From Candidatus Poseidoniales archaeon (lineage in GTDB: Archaea > Thermoplasmatota > Poseidoniia > Poseidoniales > Poseidoniaceae): DNA of 64,000 nt. Below the pieces are notes generated by a model. The model was given only the letters and a program-made list of their open reading frames with translations, had not been told where the DNA came from and ran no database searches. Of the stretch, positions 48,665-57,522 are shown in pieces; position 1 is the stretch's first letter, and every line of letters begins with the position of its first letter. A program made the translations under genes and the position numbers. The DNA lies in assembly GCA_038110525.1 (NCBI GenBank), contig JAYNJV010000005.1, positions 4,892-68,891 on the forward strand, read 5' to 3'.

Positions 48665-51600
48665 ATGAACAAAACAAGGCGACACACATTGTTTGTGCTT
48701 GCAATGATGCTACTTTCAATCGTGCCATTTTCACCGTTAGCAATCGCAGAAGACCAAGGTGTTCCAGAAAACTATCAAGCACAGAATATTGAAGCATATT
48801 TTGACCCAATCACCGAATCCACAACTGTAAATTGGACTGTTCAAGCCACTGTGGATGGCACTGCCCAATTTATCCAATCGCAAGTCTATCAAGTCTATCG
48901 TTCTTCAACTCCAATTACTCCCCAATCATTATCAAGCCTCACACCTTTTGCAACAAGGGATGTTTGTCCACAATCAATGAGTCCGTTCCAATGTTATGGT
49001 ATGGCTCATTCCGTCACATTTGCTGTTCTGCCTGGTGTTAATGGGTCATTTTATTACGCCGTCACCACTATGCTCTCCAATGGAACCGAAGCGGCGGAAC
49101 TCATCATGAATTCATCCTCATTATACACTCCAGTTGAAGAGGTAACATCAGCCATAAAAACCCCTTACTTTGTCTCAGCATCCTTCGATCCATCAACAAG
49201 TATCACTTCTCTTCGTTGGATTAATCACAACAAAATCTGCAATTGCCTCGACCTTCCTGAAACTGGGCCATCCGCCATGAGCATTCGCGTGTGGCGAACA
49301 GAATATCCAGTTGACCGAAGCGTTGGTCTCACCTTGCCTACACAAGGAACCTTGGTGGCAAATCTAACGGCTAACGCCTCCTCTCTTGATATTGTTATTC
49401 CACAAGATACTGAAAGGACGAGCTATTATTCACTCACATATTACTTACCGAATTGGTCTGGTCCAAATCAATCCTATGAGGACTTCCGTTTCCTTGCAGA
49501 GAATACCCTCAAGGAGCCAGTTGAAGAAGATAACATGCCACCTTCACAACCAACCATCGTGTATGCACAGTTCCAGCCTGAACCTGAAACGGGTGGCGGA
49601 GCAACCTTGATTCAATGGAACGATCTTCTTGATGAGGAGGGTGAAACATACCGAATATATCGCTCGGACCAACCATTTACGACAATTTTACGAGCAGATG
49701 TTGAACTTGTAGTTAAGGATATCATCGAAGGCATCGAATCCTACGAAGTACCTGTTCCTCGGGGATATCTTGGTTACTCATATTATTGCATGGTTACCGT
49801 CGATGCTACGGGTGTGATCAACACCAACACAACCCAAACGAGTTGTACCTCACAAGATGGAATTCTTGAAGACGCTTTCTACAACTGGATTGCCGAACCG
49901 ACCAATGTTGAGTGTGAGTACTTAGGTGACCGTACAACACGTGTCACTTGGGACGACCAACTTGGGGTCGAAGGTGAGCAATACCATGTGTGGCATGCAA
50001 CATACCGAGTCTCTGGAGTTGAGGTCCAAAACAACCCGAGTGCATTGAATTGGAACATGTCCGTGGATACAGGTGCTCAACTTTGGCTCAAAGGTTCAGT
50101 TGCTGACGGTGTAGGTGAGTTATTTATCGAAATTGAGGAAGGTATTGAACCAACCCAATCACGTTACTTTGTGACCACAGAAGCCTTGTATGGTAACCAC
50201 AACGGAACATACCATTATCTCGGTTTGGAACAAAATTTCTGTACGCCAGGTTTAGAGGATACCAAAGCGCCAGATATTCCATCGATTCGAACTGCAGAAA
50301 CGAACGGTGTACTCAATCTCGTTCAAATTGAATGGGTCAACGATGATGATGAACAGGGAGAAACCTATGCTATATGGCGACACTATGGCGACCCATTTGA
50401 CCCACTTGGTGATTCAGAAGCCATTGAAGATGGATGGGAACTCGTTCGTTCAGAAATTCATGAAATGTCAGGTCAATATTTGTACGAAGAATTTGAAATC
50501 GAAGTCAATGTGGACCGAGATGTCTGGTATGCAGTGACCATTACCGACCGATTCAACAATACCAATTACGAAATTACCAGTAACCTTGGCGGTAATGCTT
50601 ACCGAGTTCACGAAGACACGTTACTCCCGAATGCAACCTTACTGTTCCTTGACAGCACAGGTGCTCCGTACACAAGTCCATCACTTGTTTCAGGTTCCTA
50701 TACGCTTCGTGTCGAAGTCAACGAAGATTTATCGACGACGCCAACGATCAACATCACGACCTCCAGTGGTGGTCAACTCACTGGCGATGAAGAGCCATTA
50801 CCGATTCTCCAAGACAACAAGAACGACCCAAATCGTGGTCCAGTGTACGAATATGATTTCTCGATTACCTCAAACACAAAAGCAGGTCTCATGACCATCA
50901 AAATTCGAATGACCGATGAATCAAACAACGAAGTTGTACAATCATGGAGTGAGAAATTTGTCGATGCAAAAATGCCGACAATCACCATCTTTTCGCCTTC
51001 ATCAAGAAATGATGGGTCTCAATACCTCTATGGTAACAACGTCAACGTTCTTGTTGGGGCTGAAGATGACGTCATGGTTGCTTCATTCCAATACAGATTC
51101 ACATACCATTATGGAGGCACGACTGGGAGTACAGTTTCAACAGAATGGTCAGACCTGACAGGCATTACAGATCTTGATGGCGATGGTTCAGCGTTAACAG
51201 CAAATATGGATGTTGCTGCGGGTAACTTTGGTTTAGGTTATCACCGACTTTCCGTTCGAGTGGTTGACACGGCAGGAAATCAGAACACCGCTAATGTTGA
51301 TTTCACGGTAGATTTCTGTCGAAACACCATCAACGGAACAACGATTTGCGAAGTTGTTGAACAATTGAAGGGCACACCTGACCCTATAGAAATCCGCCCT
51401 TCATTTACCGACCCGCCATATGTCATTGTCTGGATTGTTGCAGCCATCAATTTGCTCGCCATTCTCGTGTCGATGCTTGTCATTAAGACTGGAATGAGTG
51501 GACCGAAGAAGAAGAAGGGTGAAGAAGAAGAGACTGATGACTGGATGGCGGAATTCATCGGTTCAGGCTCATCTCAGGAATTGGATATGTCGGCTATTAC

Positions 51601-51961
51601 TGGAACTGAAAAGAAGGAGGTTCCAAGCCTCGACAGCGATGGTGCAGAGAAATCAAATGAACCCGAAGAAGATGACCCATTCGCCATTAATATCACTCAA
51701 CGAAAACCACGCCGCCGTCAGTCAAAGAAGGAAGAGCCTGAAGATGACGACGATGACGACGATGACGACGATGATGACGAAGACCTCTTCGACGATGACG
51801 ACGATGACGACGATGATGACGATGACGATGATGGCCCACGACGTCCACGACGAAGACCCGCAGGCCGAGCACCCGCTCGCAAGCGACCGACCACTGGAAG
51901 AAGACCTGCTCCAAGCACAGCACCTCGTAAGCGTCGAACTGTGAAAAGATCTGATGATTGA
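48665..51961 (+). CDS. type-I surface protein (about 1,098 aa) with FN3/Ig-like modules, C-terminal TM anchor and poly-Asp / Arg-Pro-rich cytoplasmic tail
   Basis: Signal-like MNKTRRHTLFVLAMMLLSIVPFSPLAIAED. Repeated W..D...(E)GE.Y.(I/V)(W/Y)R modules. TM segment VIVWIVAAINLLAILVSMLVI. I reject the 51-aa upstream extension in the track ORF. Confidence 0.75.
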   Translation: MNKTRRHTLFVLAMMLLSIVPFSPLAIAEDQGVPENYQAQNIEAYFDPITESTTVNWTVQATVDGTAQFIQSQVYQVYRSSTPITPQSLSSLTPFATRDVCPQSMSPFQCYGMAHSVTFAVLPGVNGSFYYAVTTMLSNGTEAAELIMNSSSLYTPVEEVTSAIKTPYFVSASFDPSTSITSLRWINHNKICNCLDLPETGPSAMSIRVWRTEYPVDRSVGLTLPTQGTLVANLTANASSLDIVIPQDTERTSYYSLTYYLPNWSGPNQSYEDFRFLAENTLKEPVEEDNMPPSQPTIVYAQFQPEPETGGGATLIQWNDLLDEEGETYRIYRSDQPFTTILRADVELVVKDIIEGIESYEVPVPRGYLGYSYYCMVTVDATGVINTNTTQTSCTSQDGILEDAFYNWIAEPTNVECEYLGDRTTRVTWDDQLGVEGEQYHVWHATYRVSGVEVQNNPSALNWNMSVDTGAQLWLKGSVADGVGELFIEIEEGIEPTQSRYFVTTEALYGNHNGTYHYLGLEQNFCTPGLEDTKAPDIPSIRTAETNGVLNLVQIEWVNDDDEQGETYAIWRHYGDPFDPLGDSEAIEDGWELVRSEIHEMSGQYLYEEFEIEVNVDRDVWYAVTITDRFNNTNYEITSNLGGNAYRVHEDTLLPNATLLFLDSTGAPYTSPSLVSGSYTLRVEVNEDLSTTPTINITTSSGGQLTGDEEPLPILQDNKNDPNRGPVYEYDFSITSNTKAGLMTIKIRMTDESNNEVVQSWSEKFVDAKMPTITIFSPSSRNDGSQYLYGNNVNVLVGAEDDVMVASFQYRFTYHYGGTTGSTVSTEWSDLTGITDLDGDGSALTANMDVAAGNFGLGYHRLSVRVVDTAGNQNTANVDFTVDFCRNTINGTTICEVVEQLKGTPDPIEIRPSFTDPPYVIVWIVAAINLLAILVSMLVIKTGMSGPKKKKGEEEETDDWMAEFIGSGSSQELDMSAITGTEKKEVPSLDSDGAEKSNEPEEDDPFAINITQRKPRRRQSKKEEPEDDDDDDDDDDDDEDLFDDDDDDDDDDDDDDGPRRPRRRPAGRAPARKRPTTGRRPAPSTAPRKRRTVKRSDD
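51743..51832 (+). repeat. in-frame (GAY)n trinucleotide tract encoding D12-EDLF-D14
   Basis: Read directly: 12 GAT/GAC codons, then GAA GAC CTC TTC, then 14 GAT/GAC codons. Confidence 0.9.
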
Positions 51962-51987
51962 GGAACTGCATTCCAGGTGATGCTGTT

Positions 51988-53127
51988 ATGTCCGAAGAAA
52001 CACAACAGCAAGCCGTTCATAGCGAATCTTTTCGCTCGTTGATATCGATTTTTCACCCAGGAGAAAATAAATTGAATTGGTTGTTGCTCCTTCTGCCTGT
52101 TTCAATTTACTTCTCTCTAAGCCACCAACTTACTTTGGCATTTTTTTCATCGATGCTTGCTATTGCACCACTTGCGTTTCTCATGGGGAAGGCAACTGAA
52201 GAAATTGCAATACGTACTGGCGAATCCATCGGAGGATTGTTGAACGCCACATTTGGAAACGCTGTTGAAATGATTATCGCTGGTATGGCTCTCTATGCTG
52301 CGAGCACTAACCCTGATATTTTGGACACAATGGTCACAGTTACTCAAGCCTCACTGATTGGTTCGATTTTGGGCAATCTCCTCCTTGTCCTCGGTCTTTC
52401 CATCGTTTGGGGTGGGATTCGACACAATGAACAATCGTTTAGTCGCGTAGGCGGGGAGATGAATGGGGCCCTTCTTGTCATTGCAATTGCCTGTCTCATC
52501 ATCCCTTCTGCAATGCATCACTCTGGAGGAACAACCGAAGATGTGCTCAACCTCTCGCGGGCTACAGCCTTGATTATGCTCATCGTCTATGGCTGTTCAC
52601 TTCTGTTCCAACTCAAAACGCATTCTTCGATGTTTGAATCATCTGAGCATGGAGAACACGAAGAGCCAGAACTCTCTCTTCGAGATTCTTGGATTCTTTT
52701 GCTCACCGCTACAATTCTAGTAGGTTGGATGGCTCATATTCTTGTTCACAGTCTGGAGGAGGCAGTGACCGAGTATGCAATTCCTGAGTTGTTTATCGGG
52801 GTTATTTTGCTTCCATTTTTTGGAAACGCTGCGGAACACTTTACCGCAGTTTTGGTTGCAGGTAAAGGAAAAATGGACCTTTCGATGTCAATCGCCATTG
52901 GAAGTAGCATTCAGATTGCCCTTTTTGTCGCACCGGTGATGGTCCTTCTTGGTTGGACACTTGGTGTCAGTCTTCCATTGGAATTTGGGTTACTTGAAAC
53001 GGCTGCAACCTTTGTCGCTGTGCTGATCACAATCGCTATTCTCAATGATGGCAAGACCAATTGGCTTGAAGGTGTACTCGCACTCGCTTGTTATACCATT
53101 CTTGGCATTGCATTCTTCTTTATGTGA
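51988..53127 (+). CDS. Ca2+/H+ exchanger (CAX/ChaA family)
   Basis: Paired alpha-repeat motifs GNAVEMI and GNAAEHF, about 11 TM segments, and an acidic central loop (SSEHGEHEEPE). ATG at 51988. Confidence 0.8.
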   Translation: MSEETQQQAVHSESFRSLISIFHPGENKLNWLLLLLPVSIYFSLSHQLTLAFFSSMLAIAPLAFLMGKATEEIAIRTGESIGGLLNATFGNAVEMIIAGMALYAASTNPDILDTMVTVTQASLIGSILGNLLLVLGLSIVWGGIRHNEQSFSRVGGEMNGALLVIAIACLIIPSAMHHSGGTTEDVLNLSRATALIMLIVYGCSLLFQLKTHSSMFESSEHGEHEEPELSLRDSWILLLTATILVGWMAHILVHSLEEAVTEYAIPELFIGVILLPFFGNAAEHFTAVLVAGKGKMDLSMSIAIGSSIQIALFVAPVMVLLGWTLGVSLPLEFGLLETAATFVAVLITIAILNDGKTNWLEGVLALACYTILGIAFFFM

Positions 53128-53136
53128 GGGACAGCG

Positions 53137-53691
53137 ATGAGATTGTTACCAGAAACAAAAAAGCAATTCGCTGGAAGCATACTTGTGTCCTTGAGCATTC
53201 TATGTTGCACATTTGGTTATATCGGATGGAGTACAGGAGGCGAAGTTTCGGATATTCAAACCCCGACCATTCGAGATTACTCCTTTTTTTCAAATGAACC
53301 AATTCCTTCAGAATTATCCAATATGTTGATTATTTCACAACTGAAATTAACCTGGGATAGCGAGGAAATTTACGTTGTCATCGTCGATGAAGATGAGAAG
53401 AATTCCTGTCCTGTTGAAGCAGCGTTTATGGAAGGATCAACACCCGGGGGTTCTTGTTCTTCGACGGACCAAGACATTCTTGCTGGAGGTGCCGCATTTG
53501 GACCCGATGAAGGCATCACTTGGGAAATTGAACAAGGACCTCATTATGTTGGATTAGGTTCTCGAGTCGATACCCTTTCTTCAAATGCAGATGTCACCAT
53601 CGGTTATGAAGTACACGTTCGTGCTTCTTTTGCCTTGTATTTCATCATCTTTCTTGTTGGAATTGGTGGGGCAGTGATGTGGTGGGATTAA
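53137..53691 (+). CDS. hypothetical protein with N- and C-terminal TM helices
   Basis: 184-aa ORF with GTGAGGG at 53124-53130 before the ATG. Confidence 0.4.
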   Translation: MRLLPETKKQFAGSILVSLSILCCTFGYIGWSTGGEVSDIQTPTIRDYSFFSNEPIPSELSNMLIISQLKLTWDSEEIYVVIVDEDEKNSCPVEAAFMEGSTPGGSCSSTDQDILAGGAAFGPDEGITWEIEQGPHYVGLGSRVDTLSSNADVTIGYEVHVRASFALYFIIFLVGIGGAVMWWD

Positions 53692-54953
53692 TTCCCTTCG
53701 ACACCTTCGTAATAATGTTCTACAGCGAGGTCGAGGTCTTGACGAATACTCTGTTCGTCAAGTGAAAGTGTCACTCCGTCTTTTCGCAATTGTCGACCTT
53801 CGACCCACATGTCAAGGCATTCTGCACCATTGTACACGAGATGAGATAGATAGCGATTTCTTCCACGACCATGTGGTGACATTCGAATATCGTCCGTTCC
53901 CCATGCAACCCAATCCTGACTTCCCTTTGTCGCTATTTGAAAAATCTCTGATGCAGGCAAGAGCGTTGCATCCCAATGGTCATGCCGTTGAACAAGACTT
54001 GCGGTTTTCGCTTCAGCGAGCAAATTCAGTCCGTTGCCTGATGATGCGGCACCATCGGTGCCGAGGCGGACATCAACCCCTGCTTGAGCATAGGCTGGAT
54101 AGGAAAGTGTTCCGCCGCACGCAAGTTTCATGTTTGAGGAAGGACAGTGAACGACCGTTGCCTCGTGATTTTTGAGAAGCTGAATTTCGTTCTTTTTGAC
54201 CCATGAAGCGTGTGCACAAATCGTTCCTGGTTTGAAAAAATCAATCGAATCCAAAAATTCAACGGGGTACTTGTTGTGTGCAGAAAAACAATCTGAAATT
54301 TCTTTCCTTGTTTCACTGACATGGATGTGCAAACGAGCCTTTCGTTTTTCAGCCAATTCAGAAGCCTGAAGCAATGTTTCTTCTGAACAAAGGTAGACTG
54401 AATGCGTTGCAATAGCATACTGAATTCGTCGAGCCTTGTCATTTGATGCCAAGAGACCATCCAATTCGTCGAGAGCAGATTTTGCATCTGGGTGACTTGG
54501 AAGTGCAATATCACTGACAGGGCCACCGATGAGACCGCGAAGGCCTGCTTGTTCAAGCACTTCGCCCGTGGTTGAAGGGAAAAAATACATGTCAGCAGCA
54601 AATGTTGAGCCAGTTTTGATCATTTCAGCAGCCGCAGAACTTGACCCCACCCTCACATATTCTGGAGATATTCGAGATTCGGTTGGAAAAATCGCTTCGT
54701 CAAGCCAGCGGTGGAGAGGAAAACCATCGCTAAAATCACGCCCATTGAGTTGCATGGCAAGATGCGTATGCCAATTCTGAAGGGACCTCGTGATGAGTTT
54801 CTTTGAGCCATCAATCACCTCATGGACATCCTCATCACCATTGGAGACCGACCATGAACCATCGGCGTGAAGCAAGACATCTCCCTCTTGGCGTACGCCA
54901 TTGTGGTCAATGAGAATCGTGTTCGTGTAACGAACCGAGGCATCTTCGCCCAT
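53688..54953 (-). CDS. metal-dependent amidohydrolase of the MtaD/SsnA (MTA/SAH deaminase-like) family
   Basis: HTHLAM (HxH), HIHVSETRKE, VHCPSSNMKLA, LGTDGAAS. The start is set at ATG 54953, because the 72 upstream codons of the track ORF run antisense through tRNA-Thr. Confidence 0.75.
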   Translation of the reverse strand: MGEDASVRYTNTILIDHNGVRQEGDVLLHADGSWSVSNGDEDVHEVIDGSKKLITRSLQNWHTHLAMQLNGRDFSDGFPLHRWLDEAIFPTESRISPEYVRVGSSSAAAEMIKTGSTFAADMYFFPSTTGEVLEQAGLRGLIGGPVSDIALPSHPDAKSALDELDGLLASNDKARRIQYAIATHSVYLCSEETLLQASELAEKRKARLHIHVSETRKEISDCFSAHNKYPVEFLDSIDFFKPGTICAHASWVKKNEIQLLKNHEATVVHCPSSNMKLACGGTLSYPAYAQAGVDVRLGTDGAASSGNGLNLLAEAKTASLVQRHDHWDATLLPASEIFQIATKGSQDWVAWGTDDIRMSPHGRGRNRYLSHLVYNGAECLDMWVEGRQLRKDGVTLSLDEQSIRQDLDLAVEHYYEGVEGN

Positions 54954-55036
54954 GGTTCTTGGGAAGACTTCTAACTCATGAATGCTGGTATTCTTACCGA
55001 GTTGCTTATGTTCAAAAATAAATTCGGCGGGTTTAT

Positions 55037-55109
55037 GCCACTGTGGCTTAGCTGGTAGAGCATCTGATTCGTAATCAGAAGGTCGGGGGTTCGAATCCCC
55101 CCAGTGGCT
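55037..55109 (+). tRNA. tRNA-Thr (anticodon CGT), no encoded CCA
   Basis: Hand-folded 73-nt cloverleaf: GCCACTG-TG-GCTT-AGCTGGTA-GAGC-A-TCTGA-TTCGTAA-TCAGA-AGGTC-GGGGG-TTCGAAT-CCCCC-CAGTGGC-T. Confidence 0.85.
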
Positions 55110-55110
55110 T

Positions 55111-56370
55111 TTATTCTGGTTTGGTGACTTTCGTGAGTTCCATTGAAAACAAAGCAGCGCTCGATTCAAGACTTACCACGCCAGGAAGAGCACGGCCAGC
55201 AATATAATCGAGGCATGCACCTCCACCCGTTGATACATGCCCCATTTTTGAGGCTAAATTTCTCTTCGTAACGAGGGTTGCAGTATGCCCTCCTCCAACC
55301 ACAGTATAAGCGTTCGACTCTGCACATGCGTTGAGAATTTCAAAGGTGCCGAGGGCGAAATCATTGTGTTCAAACACCCCTGCTGGACCGTTGAGAATCA
55401 CTGTACCTGCTTTCTTAATCGCTGTTGAAATTTCAAAGATTGACTTGATGCCAAGGTCATGGATTGGAGCGCCAAAAGGCAATTTGTCGAGTGGAATATC
55501 CACCCGGTTGTTTTCTACATTGACCGCAACATCAACGGGAAGGCGAATTTTTTCTGGGAAGTTAGCAAGTAATGAGGTTGCAATATCCACCACATGGTCC
55601 CAAGCGCCTTCTGCTGCCTTGATGAGGAAGTCGATGTTCTCCTTGCCAATGTCGATGCCTTTGGCATGGAAGAATACGTTGGCAACACCGCCTGTTGCCC
55701 AAATTTCATCGGCGATATTGTTGCGAAGCATGTTTTGTGCAACTTCGATCGAATCGTCGATTTTTACCCCGCCTAAGACGGCAAGGCAAGGCCGAACAGG
55801 TTGTTCGAGTGCTTGGTCTAATTTTTTGATTTCTTTCCCCATGAGGACGCCTGCGATGCATGGAATATGGCTGGTAAAACCGACGATGGATGCACTTCCG
55901 CGATGGGCACAAGCAAACGCATCATTGACGAACACATCGGCGATGCTTGCCAGATGTTGAACCATATTTGTGTCAGAGAGGGTGCTAAAATCACCTTTGA
56001 GCAATTCATCATCATCCATACGGACATTGTTGAGCATGAGAATGTCTCCATTACTCATTTTTTCGATGGCTTGCATGGCACGTTCCCCATGGATATCATT
56101 GACCCACTGCACTTTCCTTCCCAACAAACGCCCGAGTTCTCTTGCATGCCCGAGCGTACTTGTAAAATCGTATTTTCCACGGCGAGATTGGTGGGCGAGG
56201 ATGACCACTTTTGCAGATTTGAGTTTGTTCATGGTGGGGATGATTGCTCGAATTCGAGTCACATCGAGAAATTCTTTGGTTTGTGGGTCCATCGGGCTGT
56301 TGATATCAACGCGAAGCAGGACGGTTTTACCAGCGACGTCCACATCGGACAAGGTCAGAACCTTCGCCAT
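55111..56370 (-). CDS. pgk: 3-phosphoglycerate kinase
   Basis: GKTVLLRVDINSPMD, ILAHQSRRGK, FVNDAFACAHR, GGGHTATLV, HVSTGGGACLDY. ATG 56370 gives an archaeal-type N-terminus, MAKVLTLSDVDVAGK. Confidence 0.9.
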   Translation of the reverse strand: MAKVLTLSDVDVAGKTVLLRVDINSPMDPQTKEFLDVTRIRAIIPTMNKLKSAKVVILAHQSRRGKYDFTSTLGHARELGRLLGRKVQWVNDIHGERAMQAIEKMSNGDILMLNNVRMDDDELLKGDFSTLSDTNMVQHLASIADVFVNDAFACAHRGSASIVGFTSHIPCIAGVLMGKEIKKLDQALEQPVRPCLAVLGGVKIDDSIEVAQNMLRNNIADEIWATGGVANVFFHAKGIDIGKENIDFLIKAAEGAWDHVVDIATSLLANFPEKIRLPVDVAVNVENNRVDIPLDKLPFGAPIHDLGIKSIFEISTAIKKAGTVILNGPAGVFEHNDFALGTFEILNACAESNAYTVVGGGHTATLVTKRNLASKMGHVSTGGGACLDYIAGRALPGVVSLESSAALFSMELTKVTKPE

Positions 56371-56475
56371 TGTATCATCGAAGCGAAGTCGGTTTTTCAT
56401 ATCTTGTGTGAGCAAAAAAAATTGATTGGGCACAGTATCTTTGTTGTGAAAACTGGAATCAATGCTCTTGTTTTT

Positions 56476-56485
56476 GATAAAAATA
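56476..56485 (+). promoter_or_regulatory. candidate TATA box (GATAAAAATA) for the DNA methyltransferase gene
   Basis: AT-rich box 28-37 nt upstream of ATG 56513, in the divergent pgk/MTase intergenic region. Confidence 0.35.
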
Positions 56486-56512
56486 GAAAGGGTTTCGCGT
56501 TGAATCGGAGAT

Positions 56513-57457
56513 ATGGCTGATAACGATTTGCACGAAAAGGGGGTTCTTGATGGGCCTCGCCGACGTGCGAAAACGGCAACATCTGCGTTTGGAGTTTCAA
56601 AACGAGAAGGTCATGACTCCTCAGCATATTATGCTGCAAAAATGAATCAAGCATTGACCTCATCGAGGGAAGTTGGCGAGATTGCTCCATTTCCAGCACA
56701 TTTGGGTAACACCATCCATTGTCATGACTCCACCAATCTGGATTTCATACCAAACAACTGTGTCGACCTCGTCGTTACATCTCCACCCTACAATGCAACC
56801 AAAGAATACGATGAAGATTTGACGTTTGAGCAATATTTGAATCTTCTTCGTGACGTGTTTTCAGAATGCTATCGAGTTTTAGCTCCGGGTGGTCGAATGG
56901 TTGTAAATGTGGCTAATCTTGGAAGGAAGCCGTATATTCCGCTCACATCACATATCAACATGATGATGATCGACATTGGATTCTTGATGCGAGGGGAGAT
57001 CATTTGGGATAAATCGGCGAGTGCAGGAGGTTCATGTGCTTGGGGTTCGTTTCAATCAGCAAGTAACCCTTGTTTACGAGATGTGCATGAGTATTTACTC
57101 GTTTTTTCAAAAGGAGATTTCAAGAAATCAAATCAAGGTCTTGATGACACCAAGAAATTAAACACCATCGAAAAAGATGAATTTATACAATTTTCAAAAT
57201 CGATATGGTCATTTTCCACCGAACGGGCATCACGTGTTCAACATCCAGCACCATTCCCCGTTGAGTTGCCTCGAAGATGTATCGAATTTTATTCGTATGA
57301 AGATGATGTCGTGCTCGACCCATTCCTCGGTTCAGGTTCAACTGCAATTGCTGCACTCCTCTCCAAACGAAGATACATCGGTGTCGATATTTCAGATAAC
57401 TATTGTAACATTGCTCAGCAACGAGTCGATGATGTGCTCCCTTCAATCAAATCGTGA
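56513..57457 (+). CDS. beta-class N4/N6 DNA methyltransferase (SPPY type), solitary
   Basis: Motif IV VVTSPPYNA precedes motif I VLDPFLGSGSTAIAA (beta permutation). FGVSKREGHDSSAYY N-terminal block. Confidence 0.8.
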   Translation: MADNDLHEKGVLDGPRRRAKTATSAFGVSKREGHDSSAYYAAKMNQALTSSREVGEIAPFPAHLGNTIHCHDSTNLDFIPNNCVDLVVTSPPYNATKEYDEDLTFEQYLNLLRDVFSECYRVLAPGGRMVVNVANLGRKPYIPLTSHINMMMIDIGFLMRGEIIWDKSASAGGSCAWGSFQSASNPCLRDVHEYLLVFSKGDFKKSNQGLDDTKKLNTIEKDEFIQFSKSIWSFSTERASRVQHPAPFPVELPRRCIEFYSYEDDVVLDPFLGSGSTAIAALLSKRRYIGVDISDNYCNIAQQRVDDVLPSIKS

Positions 57458-57522
57458 GTGAATGCAAGGAACAAATCCATTGAAGCAGGAGTTGTTTTGA
57501 ACCACTCCCTCATGGCCAATTC

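Noticed and set aside
51498-52056. Track ORFs encoding poly-Ser, His/Arg-rich or Met/Thr-rich peptides (51718..52056 -, 51693..51971 -, 51498..51944 +).
   Set aside because: They are alternative-frame or antisense readings of the (GAY)n tract and the Arg-rich tail of the surface-protein gene. The sense frame is continuous with a 3.3-kb ORF.
54954-55169. N-terminal 72 codons of the 493-aa track ORF (53688..55169, minus strand).
   Set aside because: This part runs antisense through a clean tRNA-Thr cloverleaf (55037-55109). It translates to low-plausibility sequence (WGDSNPRPSDYESDALPAKPQW, the typical antisense-tRNA peptide). The amidohydrolase homology begins after the internal ATG at 54953.
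55331-56520. Three plus-strand ORFs of 150-217 aa antisense to pgk (55331..55960, 55867..56520, 55970..56425).
   Set aside because: pgk on the minus strand carries all canonical PGK motifs. The antisense ORFs have no motifs and show typical shadow-ORF composition.
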